Of a stretch of DNA of 64,000 bases, positions 9,446 through 18,482 are shown one piece after another (the stretch's first letter is position 1; each line of letters begins with the position of its first letter). Source of the DNA: an uncultured delta proteobacterium (GTDB lineage Bacteria; Desulfobacterota; Binatia; Binatales; Binataceae); NCBI GenBank assembly GCA_963794325.1, contig CAWCDG010000003.1, forward strand, positions 352,001 to 416,000, in the 5' to 3' direction. Under the pieces are notes generated by a model that was not told where the DNA came from, did not search any database, and saw only the letters and a program-made list of their open reading frames with translations. The position numbers and the translations under genes were made by a program.

Positions 9446-10813
9446 ATGCACGACTCAGCCAATCCCTACCTGACCGGCAACTACGCTCCGTGGCGCGAGG
9501 AAACTGACGCGTTCGACCTCGAGATCGACGGCGAGCTGCCGCGCGAGCTCAACGGCGCCCTTTATCGCATCGGCCCCAACCCGCACTTCAAGCCGCCCGG
9601 CCGCTACCATTGGTTCGACGGCGACGGGATGGTCCATGCGTTCATCCTGCGCGACGGCCGCGCCGCCTATCGCAATCGCTACGTCCGCACTGACGGCCTC
9701 AAGGCTGAGATGAAAGCGGGGCGCGCGCTGTTCGGGGGATTGCTCGAGCAGCCGCGCGAGATGACCCCCGATCTGCCGCCATTCAAGAACGCTGCGAACA
9801 CCAATATCATCGGCTACGCCAACCGCTTGCTCGCGCTGTTCGAAGCCGCGTCGCCGCACGAGCTCCAACCGTTGACGCTCGAAACCATCGGCCTGTTCGA
9901 TTTCGGCGGCAAGTTGACCGGTCCCGTCACGGCGCATCCGAAGTTCGATCCCGTCACCGGCGACTTGCTGTTCTTTGCCTACCAACCGTTTCCGCCGTAC
10001 GCGACTTGGTACCGCGCGAGTCGCGACGGCAAGCTCCTCGAGTCGCGCCCAATCGATACCGGACTGCCCGTGATGATGCATGATTTTATCGCGACCGATA
10101 ACTATGCGATCTTTTTCGTGTGCCCGTCCGTGTTCCATCTCGAGAACGCGGCGGCGGGGAAGCCGCTCTTCAATTGGGAGCCGCAGCATGGAACCAAAAT
10201 CGGCGTGATGAACCGTAAGACCGGCGACGTGAAATGGTTTCAGGACGAAGCGTTCTTCATCTTTCATTTCCTGAACGCGTACGAAGAGCACGGGTCGCTG
10301 GTCGTCGATGGATGCAGAATGGAGTCGCTCGACATGAGCGGCAATTCATTTGGCGGCAAGCCTGCGATGCCGTGGCGATGGAATCTGAATCTTAAAGAGG
10401 GCTCGATGCGCCAGCGGCAAATCGATGACCTACCCTCCGAATTTCCGCGCTTCGACGAGCGCATCGCCGGCCGCAAGCATCGCTACGGCTACTTCGCCGG
10501 CGGCAATCCGGTATCTCCGCAACATGAGACGAGTTTCAAGGCGCTGCTCAAGCGCGACTACCAGACTGACAAACTCGAAGCTCACGACCTCGGCAAGAAC
10601 TTCGCTCCCGGAGAGCCGGTCTTCGTGCCACGCTCCGCGAAGTCGTCCGAGGACGATGGATGGGTGCTCGCGGTCTGGTATGACGAGGCGCTCAACCGCA
10701 GCGAGATGGTGGTGCTCAACGCGCAGAATTTCGCGGGCGCGCCCGTCGCGAGGATCAAATTGCAGCATCGCGTGCCGTGGGGCTTCCACGGCAACTGGGT
10801 GCCCGCGCAATGA
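9446..10813 (+). CDS. Carotenoid cleavage oxygenase / lignostilbene dioxygenase (RPE65 superfamily)
   Basis: RIGPNP, HWFDGDGMV, four Fe-binding His (TAHPK, MMHDF, FHFLN, GFHGNW), EPVFVP; GAGG RBS. Confidence 0.95.
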   Translation: MHDSANPYLTGNYAPWREETDAFDLEIDGELPRELNGALYRIGPNPHFKPPGRYHWFDGDGMVHAFILRDGRAAYRNRYVRTDGLKAEMKAGRALFGGLLEQPREMTPDLPPFKNAANTNIIGYANRLLALFEAASPHELQPLTLETIGLFDFGGKLTGPVTAHPKFDPVTGDLLFFAYQPFPPYATWYRASRDGKLLESRPIDTGLPVMMHDFIATDNYAIFFVCPSVFHLENAAAGKPLFNWEPQHGTKIGVMNRKTGDVKWFQDEAFFIFHFLNAYEEHGSLVVDGCRMESLDMSGNSFGGKPAMPWRWNLNLKEGSMRQRQIDDLPSEFPRFDERIAGRKHRYGYFAGGNPVSPQHETSFKALLKRDYQTDKLEAHDLGKNFAPGEPVFVPRSAKSSEDDGWVLAVWYDEALNRSEMVVLNAQNFAGAPVARIKLQHRVPWGFHGNWVPAQ

Positions 10814-11481
10814 AGAAGGCGACACGCTCCGCGCGCGCAATCGGCGACCTGCGTGTTCCCACCAGGAAAGCGTCGCTTGATCTCGCGCTGCTCGGATTGA
10901 TCGCGGAAGTGCCCGGCGTGTCCGGCTACGACATCATGAAGATCTTCGATCTGTCGATGGCGCATTACTGGCATGCGCATCCGACACAGATCTATCCGAC
11001 CCTGGAGCGCATGGAGTCGCTCGGGCTGATCAAGAGCCGCAACGTCGTGCAGCGCAATCGCCCGAACAAGCGCCTGTACACGATCAGGCCCTCGGGCGAG
11101 AGATTGTTGATCGAATGGCTCGAAAGCGGGTTCGAGGGAATCAACCTGAAGCATCCGCCGTTGCTGCGATGCCGGTTCCTCGGAAATCTCGGACCCGACC
11201 GCGCGATCGCAGCGCTCGAGGAGGAGCGCGAGGCGTGGGCGCGGCATCTGAAGGTTTATCGGCAACTCGAGCAGGGCTATTTCGCGGGCGGGAAAAGCTA
11301 TCGCGACGTGAACGCGATGTTCTCGTGGTTCACGCTCAAGCGCGGGATCGATTGGATGGAGGAAAATATCGGATGGTGCGAGTGGGCGATCGCCGAGATC
11401 GAGCGGAATCGCGCACTGTTCCCAGCCGAGAATATGCGCACCCAGATGAAGCCGCCGATACGAGCAAAACAATCCGCTTGA
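10810..11481 (+). CDS. PadR-family transcriptional regulator
   Basis: ALLGLI...SGYDI...QIYPTL...RPNKRLYTI; ATGA overlap with the oxygenase stop. Confidence 0.9.
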   Translation: MKKATRSARAIGDLRVPTRKASLDLALLGLIAEVPGVSGYDIMKIFDLSMAHYWHAHPTQIYPTLERMESLGLIKSRNVVQRNRPNKRLYTIRPSGERLLIEWLESGFEGINLKHPPLLRCRFLGNLGPDRAIAALEEEREAWARHLKVYRQLEQGYFAGGKSYRDVNAMFSWFTLKRGIDWMEENIGWCEWAIAEIERNRALFPAENMRTQMKPPIRAKQSA

Positions 11482-11485
11482 TTTC

Positions 11486-11538
11486 AATGTGAAACCTTCC
11501 CGGTTTCACGCTTCCTGGGCAGGGCTAAGCCCTGCACC
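11486..11538. repeat. Repeat family B, inverted copy
   Basis: Reverse complement GGTGCAGGGCTTAGCCCTGCCCAGGAAGCGTGAAACCGGGAAGGTTTCACATT matches 3016-3070. Confidence 0.8.
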
Positions 11539-11618
11539 TTAGTATTAAGAAAGATGCGGGCCCGAGCGAGTGCCGTAACCTTTTCGGGGCATTGCGGTTT
11601 CTGTAGATAGAGGCTGAT

Positions 11619-12275
11619 GTGTCCGCTCGATCTGTATCCTTATATTCGCGCTCTGCTGCGAGCGAGAACCGTCGCGCGGGCGTTGCGGAGCGTGGGTTGA
11701 AGGCGCGGGGCGCATCCATCATCGATGCTGGTTACGCGGCGGAGCGGGCGCTGATCGAGGCTGCGCAGCGGGATCGGGGGCGGTTCGGTGAGTTGTACGA
11801 GACTCACTTTGAGCGCGTGTATGCCTATGTTGTGCGGCGGGTGCGGGATCGAGATGAAGCGCAGGATATTACTGCCGATGTTTTTCATCTGGCGCTGAAA
11901 AGTTTGCCGCGCTTTGAGTGGCGCGGGGTGCCTTTTGCGGCGTGGCTCTTCAGAATTGCTTTCAACGAAATTGCCGATCGATCGAAGAGCACCGCCAAGC
12001 TTCGGGCTCATCAACGCGAGGCTGTAGTCGATGCAGTGGACGACAGTGGCGGTGTCGCGACTGGATATGAGGAGGCGGAGCGGCGTGGGCGGTTGTTCAA
12101 GCTCGTCGAGCGGCTGCCGCGCGATCAATCGCGGGTGATTACGATGCGGTTTGCGGAGGATAAATCGATTCGCGAAATCGCGGCTGCGCTCGGACGCTCC
12201 GAGGGCAGCGTCAAGCAGCTTCAATTCCGCGCCATGCAGAATTTGCGGGTGCGGTTGGGTGATTCGAATGGCTAA
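11619..12275 (+). CDS. ECF sigma factor
   Basis: Region 2 (AQDITADVF...FAAWLFRIAFN) and region 4 (SIREIAAALGRSEGSVKQLQFRA); start uncertain. Confidence 0.92.
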   Translation: MSARSVSLYSRSAASENRRAGVAERGLKARGASIIDAGYAAERALIEAAQRDRGRFGELYETHFERVYAYVVRRVRDRDEAQDITADVFHLALKSLPRFEWRGVPFAAWLFRIAFNEIADRSKSTAKLRAHQREAVVDAVDDSGGVATGYEEAERRGRLFKLVERLPRDQSRVITMRFAEDKSIREIAAALGRSEGSVKQLQFRAMQNLRVRLGDSNG

Positions 12276-13791
12276 GGGGAAACTGATCGAACAACTGGAC
12301 CATGCGGTGGAGGCGATCATGGCGAAGCCAGATGCGCCGCTCCCCACGTCGGATTCGCGGCTGGCGGCGATTCTGCGGATCGCGGGCGAGTTGCGGGATT
12401 TGCCGCGCGCCGATTTCAGGAATCGTCTGAAGGCTGATTTGGCAGCGCAATCGAAGGAGCTTGAATCTTCGCCGGCCGGTGGCAAGCCGCTGTTCACGCA
12501 TGCGGATATCGAAGAGCGCCTCAAGCAGTTGGCCGAACAGCCGAAATTTATCGTGCATGACGTGCGCGCGGCGCTGAGCGATTTGCCCGACATGTCGATG
12601 CGCTTCCTCGATTCGATGAATGCGCATCTTCTGGTAGCGTCGCGCGGCGATAAGCGCACGCATTGGGAGCGCCATCTCGGGTCCGACGAGATGATTTACG
12701 TGATGGATGGAGAGACCGATATTGTCACCTTGACCGACGGCGGGCCGGTCGAGTCGACGATTCACGCTGGCTCGTTGTTTGTTTGTCCCGAAGGAATGTG
12801 GCATCGCCTGACGCCGCGGCCGTTCGTGTCGGCGTTTTACCTGACGCCGAGCAACACCGAAGGCTCGGCCGCGGCAGACCCGCGGCCAAAGGGCGAGCGC
12901 GTCGCGAAGCGGCCAGTGCGCAGGGCAACCCTCGCGAAGCTCAAGGAGCACGATCTGCGCGCGGCACTGCGCTCGGTCCCGCATCTCAATATTACGGCGG
13001 ACACGACCGGCGAGGATGCTGACGCTGCCGTGCGCAGCATCGCGAAGATCGGGAATCTGACGCTCGGCGTAATGAGCTATACGGGTCTGACGCCCTGGGA
13101 GCGGCATCCCGATGGCGACGAGTTGCTGCTGGTGCTCGACGGCGAGCTCGCGGTGACGGCGCTTACCGACGACGGCCCGGTGAAGCGGAAGCTTCGCGCC
13201 GGCGAGGCCTTCGTGTGCCCGCAAGGATTGTGGCATCGGCAGTTCGCGGAGAAATCGGTGTCGATGCTGTACGGAACGCCGATCGAGCACGGTGCGGTTT
13301 CGTTCGCGGACGATCCGCGCGTCGAGAAAAAAGAAGCCAGCGCGCAGGGGCCGGGAGTTTCACGGAGCATCATGCCGTTCCTGAATATAGAGGGCGTTGC
13401 CAGCGCCGTGGATTTTTACAAGCGCGTGTTTGGCGCGACCGTGCTGATGCGCGACGAGGAGCCCAGCGGAATCGTGAGCCATGCGATGCTCAAGATGGGC
13501 GACACGACCGTGATGCTTTCCGACCCGACCTCGGCCGACGTACAACAGAACGACGTGAACCATCTCACGCGCTCGCCACGTTCGTACGGCGGCTCGCCGG
13601 TCCAGATGTACATCTACGTGGCGGACGTCGACCAAGTCGTGAAGCGCGCGATCGCCAACGGCGCCAGGGCGATCGACCAGGTCGAGAACCGCGACTGGGG
13701 CGACAGGTGTGGTGGGATCGAGGATCCCTACGGCCACATCTGGTTCGTAGGAACGCCGCTGAAGGATCTGCCTCCGAAGAAACTAAAATAG
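12268..13791 (+). CDS. Fusion: putative anti-sigma N-terminus, two cupin domains and a VOC/PhnB domain
   Basis: Duplicated WERH..(S/G)DE...CP.G.WHR cupins; C-terminal AVDFYKRVFGA...WGDRCG.IEDPYGHIW; overlaps the sigma stop. Confidence 0.8.
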   Translation: MAKGKLIEQLDHAVEAIMAKPDAPLPTSDSRLAAILRIAGELRDLPRADFRNRLKADLAAQSKELESSPAGGKPLFTHADIEERLKQLAEQPKFIVHDVRAALSDLPDMSMRFLDSMNAHLLVASRGDKRTHWERHLGSDEMIYVMDGETDIVTLTDGGPVESTIHAGSLFVCPEGMWHRLTPRPFVSAFYLTPSNTEGSAAADPRPKGERVAKRPVRRATLAKLKEHDLRAALRSVPHLNITADTTGEDADAAVRSIAKIGNLTLGVMSYTGLTPWERHPDGDELLLVLDGELAVTALTDDGPVKRKLRAGEAFVCPQGLWHRQFAEKSVSMLYGTPIEHGAVSFADDPRVEKKEASAQGPGVSRSIMPFLNIEGVASAVDFYKRVFGATVLMRDEEPSGIVSHAMLKMGDTTVMLSDPTSADVQQNDVNHLTRSPRSYGGSPVQMYIYVADVDQVVKRAIANGARAIDQVENRDWGDRCGGIEDPYGHIWFVGTPLKDLPPKKLK

Positions 13792-13808
13792 CAACGCGGA
13801 GAAAAATC

Positions 13809-14306
13809 ATGGCTCGCAAAGTGAAGACAGTTCCCGACGGTTGGCATAGCGTGACTCCGTTCCTGTGCGTTCAGGACGCAGGGCGAGCGATCGAGTTCTA
13901 TCGCAATGTGTTCGGCGCGACAGAATTGCAACGCATGGCGGAGCCGGACGGGAAAGTCACGCATGCGGTACTGAAGATTGGCGATTCGATCGTGCGGCTC
14001 TCCGACGACAGCTCGAAGCACGCGGCGGAGTGGGTGGCGAAGGGCTGGTCGCGTAGTCCGCAATCGCTGGGCGGCACGCCAGTGCATTTTTATGTTTACG
14101 TCGAGGACTCGGACGCCGTGTTCAAACGCGCGGTCGCCGCGGGCGCGAAAGCGATGGAACCGGTGACGGACAAGGAGTGGGGCGACAGGCTTGGCTCGCT
14201 GACAGATCCGTTCGGACATATCTGGATAGTGGCGACTCACAAAAGAGATGTGCCAACAGAGGAAGTCTCGAAGCGGCGCGCAGGAGTCAGTCGCGCGGCA
14301 AACTGA
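13809..14306 (+). CDS. VOC/glyoxalase (PhnB-like) protein
   Basis: VPDGWHSVTPFL...AIEFY..VFGA...WGDRLG.LTDPFGHIW. Confidence 0.92.
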   Translation: MARKVKTVPDGWHSVTPFLCVQDAGRAIEFYRNVFGATELQRMAEPDGKVTHAVLKIGDSIVRLSDDSSKHAAEWVAKGWSRSPQSLGGTPVHFYVYVEDSDAVFKRAVAAGAKAMEPVTDKEWGDRLGSLTDPFGHIWIVATHKRDVPTEEVSKRRAGVSRAAN

Positions 14307-14308
14307 AG

Positions 14309-15877
14309 ATGAAAATTTCACGCATCATTTCGATCGTGGCGGCGCTGCTGTTCCTCCTCGCGGTTGCGCGGTTGACGCGGTTGGAAAATGCCGGGCCGCC
14401 GCATGTGTTCGTGATGCTGCCCGGGCAGGAGCCGGCAACGATGTATCTGCCGGGGCCGGGAGATCCGTTCTATACGCTGTTTCCCAAACCAGTTTCGCAG
14501 CGGCCGCCGGCTGTCGTGCTGATTCACGGCTTCACGGGCGATCGCGTGCTGATGAGCGGGCTCGCACGACGACTGGCGGAGAATGGTTACGCAGTGCTGG
14601 CGATCGACGTAAACGGGCACGGCGAGAATCGAAATCCGTTCAATGGCGGCACGGCTGAGAGCGACAGTCTGCGCGCGAACGTGAAGACCGCGGTCGATTA
14701 TCTGCGCGACAACAACCTCGTCGACGGATCGCGAATCGTCGTGATGGGGCATTCGATGGGCGCGGGAGCAGCGCTCGACTACGCGAACAACGATCCCAGT
14801 ATCAAGGGCGCGGTGATGATTTCGGGCGGCTGGGCGCTCGGTCCAAATCGTCCGAGGGACGCTCTGTTCATTTTTGCCGAGCGCGATCCGAAGGAGCCGA
14901 TCCAAGACCCGTCCACGGCGATCGCGTCTCATCTGGCGGCAGTGCCGCAGATCGAACTCGGCAAGACCTACGGCGACTTCGCGCAAGGTAACGCGGTCGA
15001 GGCATTCCGGGTGCCGGGCGTCGATCACGTGACGATCGTCAATTCCCCGGTAGCCGCGACCACGATCGTGAAATGGCTCGACAGCACGTTCGGAACCACG
15101 AGAGCCGGCGCGATCAAAGTCAAAGACGCGCGGCGTGGATCGGCGAGATTCGCGCTGTTGATGTTTGTGATCCTGCTGATTCCGCTGGGACGGGTTTGCG
15201 GCTCGATGGCGCCAAGTTGGGCCGAGGAGCGGCCGGGACCGAGCGGATGGATGGGCCTGCTGATACTCGCCGGTGCGCTGATTGCGGCGATGCCGCTGAC
15301 GGCGGCGAATCCGGCGTCGTTCGTGCCGATCGTAGTCGGCAGTATCCAGATCTCATGGTTCATGGTCGCCGGATTGATCGTGTTAGGGGTAATCGCGCTG
15401 TCGCACCCGCTGGAGTGGTACCGAATCCGCGAAGGAGCGGGCGGCGCGATGATCGCCGGGGCGGCGGGCTTCGCGGTGGTGTACGTATGCCAGGTCGCGA
15501 TGTCCGTGATGTTGCATCACCTGTCGCTCTCGCCCGAGCGGCTGATGGTGATGGCGATGGCGACGGTCCTCATGTTCCCGTTCTGGATGGGGTTTGAGTT
15601 GCTGGTGCGGCGCGGCGGGCTGACGATTTCGACGGTGTGCGCGTCGCTCGGCCGTATCCTGATCCTGGTTTTGATGGCGGTGGGCGTGAGCCTGAACGTG
15701 TTGCCGTTCGTGTTGATGTTGATCCTGCCGATACTGGCGATTGCGTTCGTAATGATCGAAATATTCGCGGCGTCTGCGTACAGCGCGTCGCGCAATCTGG
15801 TGGCGATCGCGGTTTTTGAAACGCTATGGTTCGCCTGGATGATCGCAGCGGTGAGCCCGATCACATTTATGTTCTAG
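14309..15877 (+). CDS. Alpha/beta hydrolase with C-terminal multi-TM domain
   Basis: N-terminal anchor, LIHGF, GHSMG, VDH; about 8 hydrophobic helices at the C-terminus. Confidence 0.85.
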   Translation: MKISRIISIVAALLFLLAVARLTRLENAGPPHVFVMLPGQEPATMYLPGPGDPFYTLFPKPVSQRPPAVVLIHGFTGDRVLMSGLARRLAENGYAVLAIDVNGHGENRNPFNGGTAESDSLRANVKTAVDYLRDNNLVDGSRIVVMGHSMGAGAALDYANNDPSIKGAVMISGGWALGPNRPRDALFIFAERDPKEPIQDPSTAIASHLAAVPQIELGKTYGDFAQGNAVEAFRVPGVDHVTIVNSPVAATTIVKWLDSTFGTTRAGAIKVKDARRGSARFALLMFVILLIPLGRVCGSMAPSWAEERPGPSGWMGLLILAGALIAAMPLTAANPASFVPIVVGSIQISWFMVAGLIVLGVIALSHPLEWYRIREGAGGAMIAGAAGFAVVYVCQVAMSVMLHHLSLSPERLMVMAMATVLMFPFWMGFELLVRRGGLTISTVCASLGRILILVLMAVGVSLNVLPFVLMLILPILAIAFVMIEIFAASAYSASRNLVAIAVFETLWFAWMIAAVSPITFMF

Positions 15878-15888
15878 GACTCCCCATA

Positions 15889-15928
15889 TTCCGGTTCCCC
15901 TTCCCTCGAGGGAGGTTAGGGGTTAGGG
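15889..15928. repeat. REP-like palindrome family A (slightly degenerate)
   Basis: TTCCGGTTCCCCTTCCCTCGAGGGAGGTTAGGGGTTAGGG. Confidence 0.8.
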
Positions 15929-16035
15929 TGCCCGCTCATTCTCAGTGCACGAACGTGCTAAACTAATCGAAACAGATCGCTCGGTCTGCTTCATCTCTAA
16001 TTCAAACCGTCGCACGCGACGAAAGGAAAACAATC

Positions 16036-16497
16036 ATGCTCGAAACCGGGAAACCATTTGTGAATTTCAATCTGCAGAATCAGGACGGCCAGCCGATGAA
16101 GCTTGGCGATTTCGCGGGCAAGTGGCTGGTGGTGTACGTCTATCCCAAAGATGACACGCCGGGATGCACGATCCAGGGCAAGTCGTTCACCGCGAGCAAG
16201 GCGGACTTCGACGCGGCCGGAATCAAAGTGGTGGGAGTAAGTGCGGACGACGTTGCGTCGCACAAGAACTTCGCCAACAAGTTCGCGTTCACGATCGATC
16301 TGCTCGCGGATACCAACCATGAGCTGCTCAAGGCGGCGGGCGTCGGGCAGACCGACTACAACGGGACCAAGTATTGGAACCGGACCAGCTTTGTAATCGA
16401 TCCCAAGGGCAACCTGCGCAAGGTTTACGAAAAAGTGAATCCGCAAGGGCATGAAAAGGTGCTGCTCGACGATATCAAGGCGATGCAAAAGGGTTAG
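16036..16497 (+). CDS. bcp: Peroxiredoxin, BCP/PrxQ type (single Cys)
   Basis: YPKDDTPGCT motif, GVSAD, RTSFVIDP; only one Cys in the protein; AAGGA RBS. Confidence 0.92.
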   Translation: MLETGKPFVNFNLQNQDGQPMKLGDFAGKWLVVYVYPKDDTPGCTIQGKSFTASKADFDAAGIKVVGVSADDVASHKNFANKFAFTIDLLADTNHELLKAAGVGQTDYNGTKYWNRTSFVIDPKGNLRKVYEKVNPQGHEKVLLDDIKAMQKG

Positions 16498-16730
16498 CGT
16501 CCGGGCTCAGGATCGGGCTGCGATAGGCGGGTCGGGAACGTTTTGTTCTTGCCGTGAATTTTGCTTTGATAGATCAATGGGTAAGGCCCTGATCACACGG
16601 TGAGGACACCAGAACGTTTTGGCGGGTTACCTGAATTTCGGGCGAAATTTATCGTCCGATAATTAGATGGTCCGGTACTTGCCCTGCCTCATCATGACGC
16701 AAGAGTCTCTCTACATTCCAGGAGGAATGC

Positions 16731-18392
16731 ATGGTTAAGAAGATCGCTGCCATAGCCGGCGGCGTTTTCATCGGCCTTGTTGTTGCGTTTGCACGTGTTG
16801 GCGCGTTCCCGTTCTGGGGTTCCGATTCCGACGCTTCCAAAGCTCCCCCGACCCAGCAAGCGCAGGCAAATGGGGTGCAGCCGCTGCCCGCGCCGCCGGT
16901 GCCCGGAGTCCACGTCGCGCCGCCGCCGGCGCCCGCGGAGCCGAACACGCCCGAGCCGAACGAAAAGGTCGGCGTGATCACCTCCTTCGCGCCGCTCGTC
17001 AAGAAGATGATCCCGGCCGTCGTGAGCGTCAACGTCGTGCAGGATGTGAAAGTGTCCGGCATGCCGTTTGGCCCGCAGGCCGGACCTGGCGACGATAACG
17101 GCGGTGGCGATGAAGATCCGGGCGCGCAGGGTGGCGGTGGAGATCAAGGCGCCGTGCCGCCGGGCGGTGGCGGTGGCGATCCATTCGATCAGTTGCGCCG
17201 CTACTTCGGACAGGGCGGTCAGCGCGAATACAAGCAGCACGGGCTGGGTTCGGGCGTGATCGTGTCGGCCGACGGCTACATCCTGACCAACAATCATGTG
17301 GTCGGTAACGCAGAAGAAATCCACGTGACGCTGCAGGACCGGCGCGAGTTTACGGCGAAGGTAATCGGCAAGGATGCGAAGACCGACCTGGGGCTGATCA
17401 AAATCGACACCAAGGACGCGCTGCCGGTCGCGCCGCTGGGCGATTCTAAAACGACGGACGTCGGCGACTGGGTAATCGCAATCGGCAATCCGTTCAACGT
17501 AGGCATGACGGTGACGGCGGGAATCGTCAGCGCCAAGGGCCGAATCCTCGGCGGCGACTACGACGATTTCATTCAGACCGACGCGTCGATCAATCCCGGC
17601 AACTCGGGCGGCCCGCTGATCAATACCAAGGGCGAGGTAATCGGAATCAACACAGCGATCTACAGCCGCACCGGTGCCAACAACGGAATCGGTTTCGCTA
17701 TTCCAATCGACATGGCGCGCAACGTGATGGATCAGCTGAAGGCGCATGGGCGCGTGGTCCGCGGATGGCTGGGCGTCGAGATCCAGGAAGTGACGCCTGA
17801 CCTCGCGCAATCGTTCGGATTGCCGAAGCCCGAGGGCGCGCTGGTCGCGAGTGCGGACAAGGACGGCCCGGCCGGCAAGGGTGGAATCGAGCGCGGCGAT
17901 ATCGTGCTCAGCTTCAACGGCCATCCGGTGGACGACGAGCATGAGCTGCCGGCGCTGGTCGCGCAGACTCCGATCAATCAGAAGGTACCGGTCGAAGTTG
18001 TGCGCAACGGCAAGCACATGACAATCGACGTTACGATCGGCGAGCGCAAGGAACCGCAGGTCGCGTCGGCCAAGACCGAGACGCCGGGCGGTAACTGGGG
18101 TATGCAAGTCGGCGATATCACGCCCGAGATTGCGCAGCAGTTCCATCTCGAGGGCACCAAGGGCGTCGTGATCCAGAAGGTCGCCCCGGACAGCCCTTCG
18201 GCGGAAGCGGGTCTGCAGCCGGGCGACGTCGTGATGGAAGTTAATCACGACAAGGTCGCGACGGTTGCGGATTTCGTCGCGAAGGCCAAGGATGCGCAGG
18301 CCAATAAGAAGCCGGCGCTGCTGCTGGTTCAACGCGGCGGTGCGACGCTGTACACGGTGATCAAGCCGGCCGAGCCGCAGGGGCAGGGCTGA
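16731..18392 (+). CDS. degP: DegP/DegQ (HtrA) serine protease with two PDZ domains
   Basis: LTNNHVV, TDLG, IQTDASINPGNSGGPL; two PDZ-like regions; AGGAGG RBS. Confidence 0.93.
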   Translation: MVKKIAAIAGGVFIGLVVAFARVGAFPFWGSDSDASKAPPTQQAQANGVQPLPAPPVPGVHVAPPPAPAEPNTPEPNEKVGVITSFAPLVKKMIPAVVSVNVVQDVKVSGMPFGPQAGPGDDNGGGDEDPGAQGGGGDQGAVPPGGGGGDPFDQLRRYFGQGGQREYKQHGLGSGVIVSADGYILTNNHVVGNAEEIHVTLQDRREFTAKVIGKDAKTDLGLIKIDTKDALPVAPLGDSKTTDVGDWVIAIGNPFNVGMTVTAGIVSAKGRILGGDYDDFIQTDASINPGNSGGPLINTKGEVIGINTAIYSRTGANNGIGFAIPIDMARNVMDQLKAHGRVVRGWLGVEIQEVTPDLAQSFGLPKPEGALVASADKDGPAGKGGIERGDIVLSFNGHPVDDEHELPALVAQTPINQKVPVEVVRNGKHMTIDVTIGERKEPQVASAKTETPGGNWGMQVGDITPEIAQQFHLEGTKGVVIQKVAPDSPSAEAGLQPGDVVMEVNHDKVATVADFVAKAKDAQANKKPALLLVQRGGATLYTVIKPAEPQGQG

Positions 18393-18482
18393 TCGCAAAG
18401 TAAGTCATTATGCAGTTGACGCGGCGCATCGAGGAAATCGATGCGCCGCGTTTGTTTTGATACTCGGCGTCGAGGCTGCTGG

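Noticed and set aside
17075-17180. Gly/Asp-rich insert in DegP as a separate repeat element
   Set aside because: It is an in-frame low-complexity expansion of a loop known to vary in HtrA proteases.
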